From Nevskiaceae bacterium (GTDB taxonomy: Bacteria > Pseudomonadota > Gammaproteobacteria > Steroidobacterales > Steroidobacteraceae): 64,000 nucleotides of DNA. A program made the position numbers and the translations under genes. Below are positions 39,723 to 49,884 of this stretch, in pieces. Under the pieces are notes generated by a model, which was not told the origin of the DNA, made no database searches, and saw only the letters and a list, made by a program, of their open reading frames with translations. Numbering within the stretch: position 1 is the first letter of the stretch; each line of letters begins with the position of its first letter. The stretch spans positions 226,673 to 290,672 of the forward strand of contig JACKOV010000003.1 in assembly GCA_024234075.1 (NCBI GenBank), in the 5' to 3' direction.

Positions 39723-40001
39723 TCAGGCGTTCAGGTCCGGGATCATCTGGCTTTCGTAGCGTTCGATCTGGTCCTTGAGCATCAGCTTGCGTTTCTTCAG
39801 GCGCTTGAGCTGGATTTCGTCGACGTGGAGGTCGAGCGAGAGGCGCGTGATCACGTCGTCGAGATCGCGGTGTTCGATCCGCAGCTGGCGCAACCTTTCG
39901 TACTTGCGAAACAGATCGCGATCGACATTGTCTATGGCCGCTTCCGGCGGGAGATCGCTGGCATCACCCGGGGTGTCGATATCGGAATCTTTGGAGGCCA
40001 T
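39723..40001 (-). CDS. YdcH/DUF465 family protein
   Basis: RKYERLRQLRIEHRDLDDVITRL....DEIQLKRLKKRKLMLKDQIERYE is the DUF465 coiled-coil signature. Confidence 0.8.
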   Translation of the reverse strand: MASKDSDIDTPGDASDLPPEAAIDNVDRDLFRKYERLRQLRIEHRDLDDVITRLSLDLHVDEIQLKRLKKRKLMLKDQIERYESQMIPDLNA

Positions 40002-40060
40002 CGGCGATCGTGGGTCTCGGCCGGCCGGTCGGTGGGGCCGGGCGGTGGCAGAAAACGGGC

Positions 40061-40903
40061 TCAGAGCCGCCCGGAGACGGGCTCGAGATCGGTGGGTAGC
40101 TTAGCGAAGCGGCCCGGGGTATTCCACGGCATGGCCGGATCATGGAAATCCGAGCCGCAGGATGCGGCAAGTCCGTGGCGCCGCGCCAATGCCGCGAGGC
40201 GATCAAGATCGGCGCGCGCCATGTTGCCGAGACTGACCTCGAGCGCATGGCCGCCGTGCGCGGCGAATTCGCCGGTCAGGGCGCGCAGGGCGCCGCCGGA
40301 GAGACGGTAGCGATGCGGATGGGCCAGCACGACCTGTGCGCCGGCGCCACGCAGCACGGCGACCGTCGCTTCCAGTGCCGGCCAGTCTTCCGGCAGGTGC
40401 CCTGGTCCGCCATGGCCGAGCAGCCGGCGGAAGGCATTGGCGAGGTCGGTTGCGGCACCCGCCTCGACCAGGGCGCGCGCCAGATGGGTCCGGGTCGGTA
40501 CGGCCGTCTCGGCGCCGATGCGGGCCGCAATCGCCGGCGCATCCGGCAGGCGCGCCCGCCGCGCGAGGCGCTCGCCGATCGCCAGCAGTCGCTGGCGCCG
40601 GTGCTGGCGCAGGCCGGCAAGATGCGCGCTCAGCACCGGTTCATCGGGCTGCAGTCCGAGGCCGATCACGTGGATCGACTGGCCGCGCCACAGTGCCGTG
40701 GCTTCGACGCCCGGCGTGAAGCGCAGGCCCGCGGCGGCACAGGCGGCGGCCGCGTGGTCGAGACCCGCCACGGTGTCGTGGTCGGTGAGCGCGAGATGCC
40801 GCACACCCTGCGCCGCGGCCAGGGCCACTAGTGCGGCGGGTGTCAGGCGGCCATCGGACTGGTCGCTGTGCAGATGCAGATCGGTGAGGGCCGAAGTGGA
40901 CAT
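40061..40903 (-). CDS. PHP-domain phosphoesterase (TrpH/YciV, RNase AM-like)
   Basis: DLHLHSDQSDGRLTP...ALTDHDTVAGL...GVEA...HPHRY...GSDFH are PHP metal-ligand motifs. Start at MSTSALTDLHLHS. Confidence 0.85.
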   Translation of the reverse strand: MSTSALTDLHLHSDQSDGRLTPAALVALAAAQGVRHLALTDHDTVAGLDHAAAACAAAGLRFTPGVEATALWRGQSIHVIGLGLQPDEPVLSAHLAGLRQHRRQRLLAIGERLARRARLPDAPAIAARIGAETAVPTRTHLARALVEAGAATDLANAFRRLLGHGGPGHLPEDWPALEATVAVLRGAGAQVVLAHPHRYRLSGGALRALTGEFAAHGGHALEVSLGNMARADLDRLAALARRHGLAASCGSDFHDPAMPWNTPGRFAKLPTDLEPVSGRL

Positions 40904-40925
40904 CGCCCGTATGATACCGGGCCTC

Positions 40926-41594
40926 ATGACGCACCCGACTCATCGTCCGCCCGATTGGGCTGCCATCGATACTGTGCTGCTGGATCTCGACGGCACGCTG
41001 CTGGATCTCGCGTTCGACAACCATGTCTGGCTCGGCCGGATACCCGCGCTCTACGCCGAGGCCAACGGGCTGAGCATCGTCGAGGCGCAGGCTGCGCTGG
41101 CGCCGATGTTTCGCGCCTGGGCCGGTCGGCTGGAGTGGTATTCGATCGAGTTCTGGAGCCGGGAGCTCGCCCTCGACATCGGGCAGGTGCACCGCGAGGA
41201 GGCCTCGCGGATCGCCTGGCTGCCGGGTGCGCGCGGTTTCCTGGAGGCGCTGCGCGATCGGGGCAAGCGCCGGGTACTGATGACCAACGCCCATCCATCG
41301 ATCCTCGAACTCAAGCACCGGCACACCGGCGTGCTCGACTGGCTGGACGCGGCTTACACCTCGCATGGCTTCGGCGCACCGAAGGAGGATCCGCGCTTCT
41401 GGCAGGCGGCCTTTGCGGCCGAAGGTTACGATCCGGCGCGCACGCTGTTCGTCGACGACAGTGCCGCGGTGCTGCATGCGGCGCTGCGCTCGGGATTGCG
41501 CTGGGTCTATGGAGTGCGCCGGCCGGATTCCTCGGCCGTGCCGCATCGCCACGCGGAGTTTGAATCGATCGACGGCGTGGCCGACCTGCTTTGA
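40926..41594 (+). CDS. HAD-IA family hydrolase (YrfG/GMP-IMP nucleotidase-like)
   Basis: Motif I (VLLDLDGTLLD), motif II (LMTNAH) and motif IV (LFVDDSAAVL). An alternative start is ATG 40911. Divergent from the PHP gene with almost no spacer. Confidence 0.8.
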   Translation: MTHPTHRPPDWAAIDTVLLDLDGTLLDLAFDNHVWLGRIPALYAEANGLSIVEAQAALAPMFRAWAGRLEWYSIEFWSRELALDIGQVHREEASRIAWLPGARGFLEALRDRGKRRVLMTNAHPSILELKHRHTGVLDWLDAAYTSHGFGAPKEDPRFWQAAFAAEGYDPARTLFVDDSAAVLHAALRSGLRWVYGVRRPDSSAVPHRHAEFESIDGVADLL

Positions 41595-41639
41595 CGGGGC
41601 AGATCGTCGCCGACCCTCGGGCGGGTCGGTGGCGATGGG

Positions 41640-43244
41640 TCAGTCGGACGATCCGGACGGTGGGGCGTCGCCACCACCGCTTGCGGCCGGGTTCGCGCCG
41701 CCGTCGCCGGTGCTGCCGCCCCGGCCTCGGCCACCGCGTCGGCGGCGACGCTTGCGGGCGGCGTCTGCCGGGCCTTCGCCAGCCGCCTGTGGCTGCGGCG
41801 ACGCCTGGGGCGAAGAAGCCGCGCCGGCAGGGGTGGCATGGGCCGCTGAAGCAGCGGCGGCGACTTCTCCGGCCGCCTGCGGCGGCCGGGAGTGTGAGCC
41901 TGCGTTGCCGCTGCTGCCGCTCGAGCGTGGGGGCCGGGCGCTGCGTTCGCGTCCGCCGCTGCGGCCGCCGAAACGATCGCCGCCGCGACTGTTGCCGCGG
42001 CCACCGCCACCACCACGCCCGCCGGGGCCGGGGCGCGGCTCCCAGGCGCGGCGTGGTGGCCAGACGACGTCGATCGCCATGATCTCGGGAGTGATCGGTT
42101 CGTAGGGGATCTTGCGGCCGATGTATTTCTCGACATCGGGCAGGGCGATCGCATACTCCTCGCAGGCGAAGGTGATCGCATCGCCCGAGGCGCCGGCGCG
42201 GGCCGTGCGGCCGATGCGGTGCACGTAGTCGGCGGCGTCTTGCGGCACGTCGTAGTTGAAGACGTGGCTGACATCGGGAATGTGCAGACCGCGCGAGGCG
42301 ACGTCGGTCGCGATCAGCACGGCCAGATCGCCGGCATGGAAATCGGCGAGGAATCGCAGGCGCTTCTTCTGCGGCACGTCGCCGGACAGCGCCTGGGCGT
42401 TGATGCCGTTGGCGCGCAGCACGTCTTCGAGCCGCTCGGCCATGCGCTTGGTGTTGACAAACACCATCGTGCGCTGGGCGTCGTGACGGCGCAGCAGGCC
42501 CAGCAGCAGCGGGATCTTCTCGTTCATGGCCGGGTAGTAGATGACCTGCCGCACGCGGTCGGCGGTGATCTTTTCCGGCTCGATCTGCACCAGCTCGGGG
42601 CTGTTCATGTGCTCGTAGGCCAGCTCGAGCACGCGCTGCGACAACGTCGCCGAAAACAGCATCGACTGCCGATGCTCGGCGGCCGGCAGCCGCCGCAGGA
42701 TGTAGCGGATGTCGGCGATGAAGCCGAGGTCGAACATCCGGTCAGCCTCGTCGAGCACGGCGACCTGGGCATGGCGCATGTCGTAGACGTGCTGTTTGTA
42801 GTAGTCGATGATGCGGCCGGGTGTGCCGATCAGCACGTCCACCCCGTCCTCCAGCTCGCGGCGCTGCTTGTCGTAGTCGACACCGCCGAACACCACTGCC
42901 ACCTTCAGGCCCGTGTGCCGGCCGAGCACCTCGGCGTCGTTGTAGATCTGGACCGCCAGCTCCCGGGTCGGCGCGATGCAGATGGCGCGGATCCCGGTCC
43001 TGCTGCGCGTCGGGGGCGGGGGGTTGCCGAGCAGGTTCTGGAACAGCGCCACCAGGAAGGCGGCGGTCTTGCCGGTGCCGGTCTGGGCCTGGCCGGCAAC
43101 ATCCTTGCCTGTCAGCGCGATCGGCAGGGTCTGGGCCTGGATCGGCGTGCAGCGATCGAAACCGGCGTCTTCGATGCCCTGCATGACTGCCGGATGCAGG
43201 CCGAGGGAGGAGAATGTGAGGTCGGAAAGATGTTTATCGGACAT
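41640..43244 (-). CDS. rhlB: DEAD-box ATP-dependent RNA helicase RhlB-like with long RGG-rich C-terminal tail
   Basis: Q-motif ([11 protein letters not shown]), [15 protein letters not shown] and [10 protein letters not shown] motifs. About 140 C-terminal residues are low-complexity G/R/S/A/P. Confidence 0.9.
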   Translation of the reverse strand: MSDKHLSDLTFSSLGLHPAVMQGIEDAGFDRCTPIQAQTLPIALTGKDVAGQAQTGTGKTAAFLVALFQNLLGNPPPPTRSRTGIRAICIAPTRELAVQIYNDAEVLGRHTGLKVAVVFGGVDYDKQRRELEDGVDVLIGTPGRIIDYYKQHVYDMRHAQVAVLDEADRMFDLGFIADIRYILRRLPAAEHRQSMLFSATLSQRVLELAYEHMNSPELVQIEPEKITADRVRQVIYYPAMNEKIPLLLGLLRRHDAQRTMVFVNTKRMAERLEDVLRANGINAQALSGDVPQKKRLRFLADFHAGDLAVLIATDVASRGLHIPDVSHVFNYDVPQDAADYVHRIGRTARAGASGDAITFACEEYAIALPDVEKYIGRKIPYEPITPEIMAIDVVWPPRRAWEPRPGPGGRGGGGGRGNSRGGDRFGGRSGGRERSARPPRSSGSSGNAGSHSRPPQAAGEVAAAASAAHATPAGAASSPQASPQPQAAGEGPADAARKRRRRRGGRGRGGSTGDGGANPAASGGGDAPPSGSSD

Positions 43245-43613
43245 GTACTACCGTCGTATCGGCGTGGCAGCGCACCGCTTGCAAAAGACGCCCGGACGCG
43301 CTAAAAATTGGACCTCGAGAGGCGGAGCGTTCTGCCCGCCTCTTCCAGAATTCACTCGATCCGGAACTCCAGTCCGTCCAGTTCAGGTCCCAGGCTCACC
43401 CAGTCAGTATTCATCAGCGTCGGCTCCGGACCCCGATCGGCTCCCGAACCGGCTCCCCGCAATACCATTCCGAGGCGAACCCGCAACTCCTTACAACGGT
43501 CTAGTGTAACCGTTTGACGGCCCTTCATAACACGGCGTTCAGCCGCGGGCCGGAAAACCTTGCTCCTATCCCTGATCCGACCATTCTGATTTCTCCAACC
43601 GGAGGTTTTCCGC

Positions 43614-43943
43614 GTGAGCAATCCGCACATTGTGCATACCAGTGATTCGACCTTTTCCCAGGATGTCCTCAAGTCCGACCAGCCCGTGCTCCTCGATTTC
43701 TGGGCCGAGTGGTGTGGGCCTTGCAAGATGATCGCGCCGATCCTCGACGAGATCGCCAACGAGTACCAGGGCAAGCTCAGGGTCGCGAAAATCAACATCG
43801 ACGAGAACCCGCAGACCCCGCCGAAGTTCGGCATCCGCGGCATCCCGACACTGATCCTGTTCAAGAACGGCACGGTCGAGGCCCAGAAGGTCGGCGCCAT
43901 GTCGAAGTCCCAGCTCGCCGCGTTTCTGGACGGCAACCTGTGA
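43614..43943 (+). CDS. trxA: thioredoxin
   Basis: 109 aa with [13 protein letters not shown] and [17 protein letters not shown] start preceded by GGAGG. Confidence 0.95.
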   Translation: MSNPHIVHTSDSTFSQDVLKSDQPVLLDFWAEWCGPCKMIAPILDEIANEYQGKLRVAKINIDENPQTPPKFGIRGIPTLILFKNGTVEAQKVGAMSKSQLAAFLDGNL

Positions 43944-44059
43944 GAGGGTATCTCGGCAACCAGGGCCGCAACCGGTCGAACAAGGGTCATCGACAACACG
44001 GCAATCGCGACTCGAACCGGGGCAACCAGGGCAACGTCGCGCGGCCCGAAGATCTCGCG

Positions 44060-45392
<1,333 letters not shown>

Positions 45393-45397
<5 letters not shown>

Positions 45398-45414
45398 CCG
45401 CGGCAGCGGTCACC
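45393..45414 (+). repeat. GC-rich hairpin overlapping the rho stop codon
   Basis: GGTGACCGC-GGCA-GCGGTCACC, a 9-bp perfect stem. No T-run follows. Confidence 0.5.
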
Positions 45415-45436
45415 CCTTGAAGATGTGCCCTGCGTC

Positions 45437-45467
45437 ACGGAATCCGGTGCAAGTACCCGGATTCCGT
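45437..45467 (+). repeat. 11-bp perfect inverted repeat (hairpin) in the rho-downstream spacer
   Basis: ACGGAATCCGG (45437-45447) pairs with CCGGATTCCGT (45457-45467) across a 9-nt loop. No T-run follows. Confidence 0.5.
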
Positions 45468-45547
45468 CAAGCGTCTGTGATGGGCGACGCTGGCGGCGGT
45501 ATCCCCCTTGTAGGATCATCTCCACGCTTGTGAGGTGGAGTTCCCGC

Positions 45548-46381
45548 ATGTCGACGCGTTTCGCGGCCGTGCTTGCCGCAGTTTTAGCCTGTCCGTTCAT
45601 TGGTGTGGCCGCAGTGGCGGCGGCTCCCGGCTCGGCGCGGCCGCCGGCAAGTCCGCTGACCGATCACTTTGCGCTGCGCAGCAGCTATTTCCGGCCGTCG
45701 TTGAGCACGGACGGCCGCTTCGACGGCGGCTCCAGCGGCCTGGTCGGCACGCCGTTCATCGGCGAGGACGACTTCGGCCTCGACGATGTCGGCAACCTGG
45801 GCCGGATGGAGCTCAGTTTGCGGATGCGCGAGCGGCATCTGCTGCGGGTCGATTACCTCGATCTCAGTCGCTTCGGCGAGAGTACGCTTACCCGTCCGTT
45901 GAACTTCCGCAATCAGGTGTTCGACGCCGGCGACCATGTCGCCAGCACGCTCGATCTGTGGCTGATGAGTTTCAACTACAGTTTCGCGCTGCTGCGTCGC
46001 GAGAACTTCGAGCTCGGTCTCGGCGCGGGCTTGCTGCTGCTCAACGCCGATGCACGCTCCGAGATCCGTGCGCGCGGCATTCGCGAGACCGGCACCGGCG
46101 ACTTCATGCTGCCGACACTCGGTGTCGATGCCAGCTGGGCCTTCCACCGCCGCTGGTCGATCAGTGGCTATGCGCGTTACCTGGGCGGCAGCACCAGCAA
46201 GGCCGACGGCAGCTTCACCAATCTGCATCTCGATCTGCAATACCGCTGGAAGCGCAATATCGCGCTCGGCCTGGGCTACTCCTTCCTCGAACTCGACGCC
46301 GAGCTTGCCGAAGCGAGCCTGCCCGGCAAGCTGGCGATCGAGGCGGCGGGGCCGGAGCTGTTCTTCCGCGTCAGTTTCTGA
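45548..46381 (+). CDS. outer-membrane beta-barrel protein (family not recognised)
   Basis: Signal peptide (MSTRFAAVLAAVLACPFIGVAAVAAA), alternating amphipathic strands, and a C-terminal aromatic ...ELFFRVSF. Confidence 0.6.
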   Translation: MSTRFAAVLAAVLACPFIGVAAVAAAPGSARPPASPLTDHFALRSSYFRPSLSTDGRFDGGSSGLVGTPFIGEDDFGLDDVGNLGRMELSLRMRERHLLRVDYLDLSRFGESTLTRPLNFRNQVFDAGDHVASTLDLWLMSFNYSFALLRRENFELGLGAGLLLLNADARSEIRARGIRETGTGDFMLPTLGVDASWAFHRRWSISGYARYLGGSTSKADGSFTNLHLDLQYRWKRNIALGLGYSFLELDAELAEASLPGKLAIEAAGPELFFRVSF

Positions 46382-46454
46382 GCGGTCGTCCCGGCGCCAG
46401 CGGCACCGTGGCGAGCGCGTGCGCCAGCGGGCCGTTGGGAGTAACGTGGCCGCC

Positions 46455-47942
46455 ATGAGTCAGGAGCGCGATCAGAAGGTTTCCATCGTCGGTGCGGCGA
46501 GCATCGTGGCGACGACGGCAACCGCGGGCGGCAGCAGCGTGACGAACGTGACCACCGCCGCGGCGCTTGGCGTCCTGCGGCCGGAGCCCGGCATCGGCGC
46601 TCATCTGCTGCTCGCGCCGGGTACGGCGGTCACCTGCCCCAAGTGCGATCACGAATTCAGTCTCGAGCAGGGCTTTGCCCGGAAAGCGCTGGAACAGATC
46701 GAAGACAGCAGCCAGGGGGCGCTGCGGGCGCTCGAGCAGACGGTGCGGGTGGCGGAGCAGAAGCGTGCGGCACGGGACGCATCGGAGCGCGAGCAGCAGG
46801 CGCTCGAGCAGGTACGCGGTTTGCGCAAGCTGCTGGACGAACAGGCGGAGGCGAACCGCGCGGCGCTGGCGCAGATGCGCGAGATCGAGCGGCGTGGTTT
46901 CGCCGACCAGATGACGGCGCTTAATACATTGCTGGCCGAGCGCGATGCACAGCTGCGGGTCAGCGCCGAGCGCGAGCTGGGGTTGCTGGCCGCACAGCAG
47001 CGGCTGGCCGACGAGAAGGCCGCGCTGGAGCTGGAGATCGCCCGCCGGATGCAGGTGGCACGCGCCGAGATCGAAACTCAGGTGCGGGCATTCGAGAAGG
47101 CGCGTGCGGATTTCGACAAGGCCGAACTTCAGAAAAAACTCGACGACGTCAGCGCCAAGCTGGCCGAGGCGCAGCGCAAGGCCGAGCAGGGCTCGCAGCA
47201 GCTGCAGGGCGAAGTGCTGGAGCTGGCACTCGAGGAGCAGATGCGCCGGGCCTTTCCGGTCGATGTCTTCGAGGAAGTGCGCAAAGGCGTCCGTGGCGCA
47301 GACCTGCTGCAGCGGGTGACCACTCGATCGCTGCAGACCGCCGGCACCTTGCTGTGGGAAGCGAAGCGCGCCAAGGAATGGGGCCGCGACTGGCCGGCGA
47401 AGCTCAAGGAAGACATGCGTGCTTCGGGCGCCGAGGTCGGCATCCTGGTCACGACCACGCTGCCGCGCGAGATTCCGCCGGGCCATGTGTTCGGCGTGTA
47501 CGAGGACATCTGGGTGACCAGCTGGGCGGCTGCGGTGCCGCTGGCCGCGGCGTTGCGCGAGCGGGTGCTCGAAGTGCACAAACAGCGGCTGGTCTCCTCC
47601 GGCAAGGGCGAGAAGATGGAGGCGCTGTACGATTACCTCACGTCGCCGCAGTTCGCGCAGAAGCTGAAGGCCGTCTACGCCGCATTCCGTACCATGCAGG
47701 ACGATCTGGCGCGCGAACGCAGCCAGGCGGAGCAACGCTGGGCGCGGCGCGAGAAGCAGATTGCGACCGGTCTGCGCGAGTTGCTCGGCTTTGCCGGAGA
47801 CGTGCAGGGGCTGTCGGCACAAACGCTGCAGCAGCTCGAACTCGAGCCGGAGCACGGTCAGGCAACGGGCGAGACCGCGGCATCATCGGCAGCTGCCGAT
47901 GCCGGCAGCGCCGCGCGAGGTGGCACTTCGTCGTCAGATTGA
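46455..47942 (+). CDS. DUF2130 family protein (zinc-ribbon + long coiled coil + nuclease-like C-domain)
   Basis: CPKCDHEF at the N-terminus and about 200 aa of heptad-rich coiled coil. Then QGEVLELALEEQMRRAFPVDVFEEVRKGVRGADLLQRV ... LLWEAKRAKEW ... GILVTT, as in DUF2130. Confidence 0.75.
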   Translation: MSQERDQKVSIVGAASIVATTATAGGSSVTNVTTAAALGVLRPEPGIGAHLLLAPGTAVTCPKCDHEFSLEQGFARKALEQIEDSSQGALRALEQTVRVAEQKRAARDASEREQQALEQVRGLRKLLDEQAEANRAALAQMREIERRGFADQMTALNTLLAERDAQLRVSAERELGLLAAQQRLADEKAALELEIARRMQVARAEIETQVRAFEKARADFDKAELQKKLDDVSAKLAEAQRKAEQGSQQLQGEVLELALEEQMRRAFPVDVFEEVRKGVRGADLLQRVTTRSLQTAGTLLWEAKRAKEWGRDWPAKLKEDMRASGAEVGILVTTTLPREIPPGHVFGVYEDIWVTSWAAAVPLAAALRERVLEVHKQRLVSSGKGEKMEALYDYLTSPQFAQKLKAVYAAFRTMQDDLARERSQAEQRWARREKQIATGLRELLGFAGDVQGLSAQTLQQLELEPEHGQATGETAASSAAADAGSAARGGTSSSD

Positions 47943-47985
47943 CGAAGCCCGCCGGGCGAAAGACCTGAAACGGGCGGGAGGCGGG

Positions 47986-48246
47986 TCAGCGCGCCTTGCG
48001 CGCGGCCCGGCCGCGCGTGGTCGTGCTGCTGCGGGTCGTGCCGCGCACGACGCGCAGCGAGATGCGCAGTTTGAAAGCCTTGAACGTGACTGCCGCGGGC
48101 GAGCGGCGCAGCGCGCGCGCGATGCGTGCACGCGGCTCCTTGCCGGCCATCTTGCGCAGCGTGCGTACATCCTGCGCGGACCAGGGCTTCGAAGCGGGGG
48201 CGGTTGTCGGCGCCGAACGACGGCGCGCTGAAGTCTTGCGAGGCAT
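47986..48246 (-). CDS. small basic protein with Myb/SANT- or GcrA-N-like helix-turn-helix pattern
   Basis: MPRKTSARRR..KPWSAQDVRTLRKMAGKEPRARIARALRRSPAAVTFKAFKLRISL, followed by a basic tail. Start chosen at MPRK within the 111-aa ORF. Confidence 0.5.
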   Translation of the reverse strand: MPRKTSARRRSAPTTAPASKPWSAQDVRTLRKMAGKEPRARIARALRRSPAAVTFKAFKLRISLRVVRGTTRSSTTTRGRAARKAR

Positions 48247-48423
48247 GAAGATCGGTTTCCCGTTGTTTGGAGCCGGCGATTCTAAGAAGAGTGTCGCACG
48301 ATGCCTATGAAACGGTTGCACTTCGCTCGCGCGTGATGACTTGTTTCACGGAGAGAGATTTGGCGGCAAACAAGTCGCTGCGCATGCATCAACGGTGCTC
48401 ATGCCGAACAAGCGGACGATCAA

Positions 48424-48464
48424 GCAAAAACGGCACTCCGCACCGTGAAAAGTGCGGAGTGCCG
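48424..48464 (-). terminator. rho-independent terminator of the OmpW-OmpA fusion gene
   Basis: 13-bp perfect stem: CGGCACTCCGCAC (48431-48443) pairs with GTGCGGAGTGCCG (48452-48464). An A-run at 48426-48430 is a T-run on the minus strand. Confidence 0.8.
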
Positions 48465-48498
48465 TGATTCGACTCGTGAATGTCGAAGTTTGCCTGGA

Positions 48499-49707
48499 TT
48501 ACTGCGTATCGGTCCGCCGCAGCACGACGCGGCGATTCTTCGCGCGGCCATCGGCCGTTGCATTGTCCGCCTCGGGCTGCGATTCGCCGAAGCCCTGGGT
48601 CTGCAACCGCGCGGGATCGATGCCCTTGGACACGAGGTAAGCCTTCACCGATTCGGCCCGGCGCTGCGACAGACGCTCGTTCGACTTGTCGTTGCCGACG
48701 CTGTCGGTGTGGCCTTCGAGCACGCCGGCGACACGCGGTACGTCGGTCATGAACTTCGCGACTGCGTCGAGGTCGGCGTACGATTCGGGCTTGAGCACGG
48801 CGGACGCCGTGTCGAAGTGCACCTCGAGGCGTGCGGCCAGGCTGCAGCCGTATTCGTCGACCTTGCTGCCGGCGGGCGTGTTGGGGCAGCGATCCTTGCT
48901 GTCGACCACGCCGTCACCGTCGCTGTCGAGCTCGCAGCCGCGGGCATCGACCCGGGTGCCGGCAGGCGTGCCCGGGCAGGCGTCCCGCGAATCGATCACG
49001 CCGTCACCGTCGGTATCGGCCGGCGGCGGGGGCGGAGGCGGCGGCTCGACCGGAGCGGCGACCGGTGCGGGTGCCGGGGCTGCCGGCTTGCCGAACTTGT
49101 AGCCGACGTGCAGGCCGTAAACGAACGGATCCACCTCGACCTTGCCGAGCTTGGTGCCGCCGAGCTTGGCATCCGTGTCGATGTCGATGTAGCGCGCGGA
49201 GACGTTCAGGAACCATTTGTCGTTCAGGCCGAAGTCGACGCCGAGCTGCGCCGCCGGGCCGACCGAATTGTCGAGCTCGAGCGTCGCGGGACGTTCGCCG
49301 CTGAACCGCGTGTAGTTCACGCCGACACCGGCATAAGGCCGCACGCGCCCATCGGGATTGAAGTGGTACTGCAGGCTCAGCGTCGGCGGCAGGTGGCGGA
49401 CCCGGCCAAAGCCGGCAGTGCCGGCCGGGGATTTCACGAACAGGCCGTGATCCCAGACGGTCGAGGCCAGCAGCTCCACGCCCCAGCGATTGCGGAACAT
49501 GTAGGTGACGTCGAAGGTGGGCTGGACCTCTTCGTCGACCTGCAGCGTCGTGAGCGGAGCGAGCGTGAGGTTGTCGGACTTGGGGTCGATGACGCTGGCA
49601 CCGACTCGCACCAGCCAGTCGCCCTGCTCGGCGACCGCGGTGGTGCCGAGCACCGTGGACAAGGCGAGGCACATCGCCGTGACCGTTGAAGGCTTGATCC
49701 TGAACAT
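48499..49707 (-). CDS. OmpW-like beta-barrel fused to thrombospondin-type-3 repeats and an OmpA C-terminal peptidoglycan-binding domain
   Basis: The N-terminal half aligns with OmpW (HLPPTLSLQYHF..RPYAGVGVNYTRF..DPFVYGLHVGYKF). A Pro-rich linker follows, then two DxDxDGxxDxxDxCP repeats and the OmpA_C motif (GHTDSVGNDKSNERLSQRRAESV...NRRVVL). Confidence 0.88.
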   Translation of the reverse strand: MFRIKPSTVTAMCLALSTVLGTTAVAEQGDWLVRVGASVIDPKSDNLTLAPLTTLQVDEEVQPTFDVTYMFRNRWGVELLASTVWDHGLFVKSPAGTAGFGRVRHLPPTLSLQYHFNPDGRVRPYAGVGVNYTRFSGERPATLELDNSVGPAAQLGVDFGLNDKWFLNVSARYIDIDTDAKLGGTKLGKVEVDPFVYGLHVGYKFGKPAAPAPAPVAAPVEPPPPPPPPADTDGDGVIDSRDACPGTPAGTRVDARGCELDSDGDGVVDSKDRCPNTPAGSKVDEYGCSLAARLEVHFDTASAVLKPESYADLDAVAKFMTDVPRVAGVLEGHTDSVGNDKSNERLSQRRAESVKAYLVSKGIDPARLQTQGFGESQPEADNATADGRAKNRRVVLRRTDTQ

Positions 49708-49884
49708 CGACAGACTCCAGAGAAAGTAGATGAGGGGTGCTGGGGTAAACGGCTGTTGCGTCACAGCCACGCTAGCGGCCGGAATTCTGTCAGCAGAAAC
49801 CCCAGAAAACCATAGGTTTTTTCCCTAAAGCGTGTCGGCAGTCGCCATGATGTTGCGTCGCCGTTTACCGACAGCGCGGCCGGT

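Noticed and set aside
43245-43613. Possible sRNA or small ORF (43308..43517) in the 370-bp rhlB/trxA divergent spacer, including the AGAGGCGG/CCGCCTCT hairpin at about 43317-43342
   Set aside because: The ORF has poor coding character, the hairpin lacks a U-tract, and I could not identify promoter elements with proper spacing. It is probably just a divergent promoter region.
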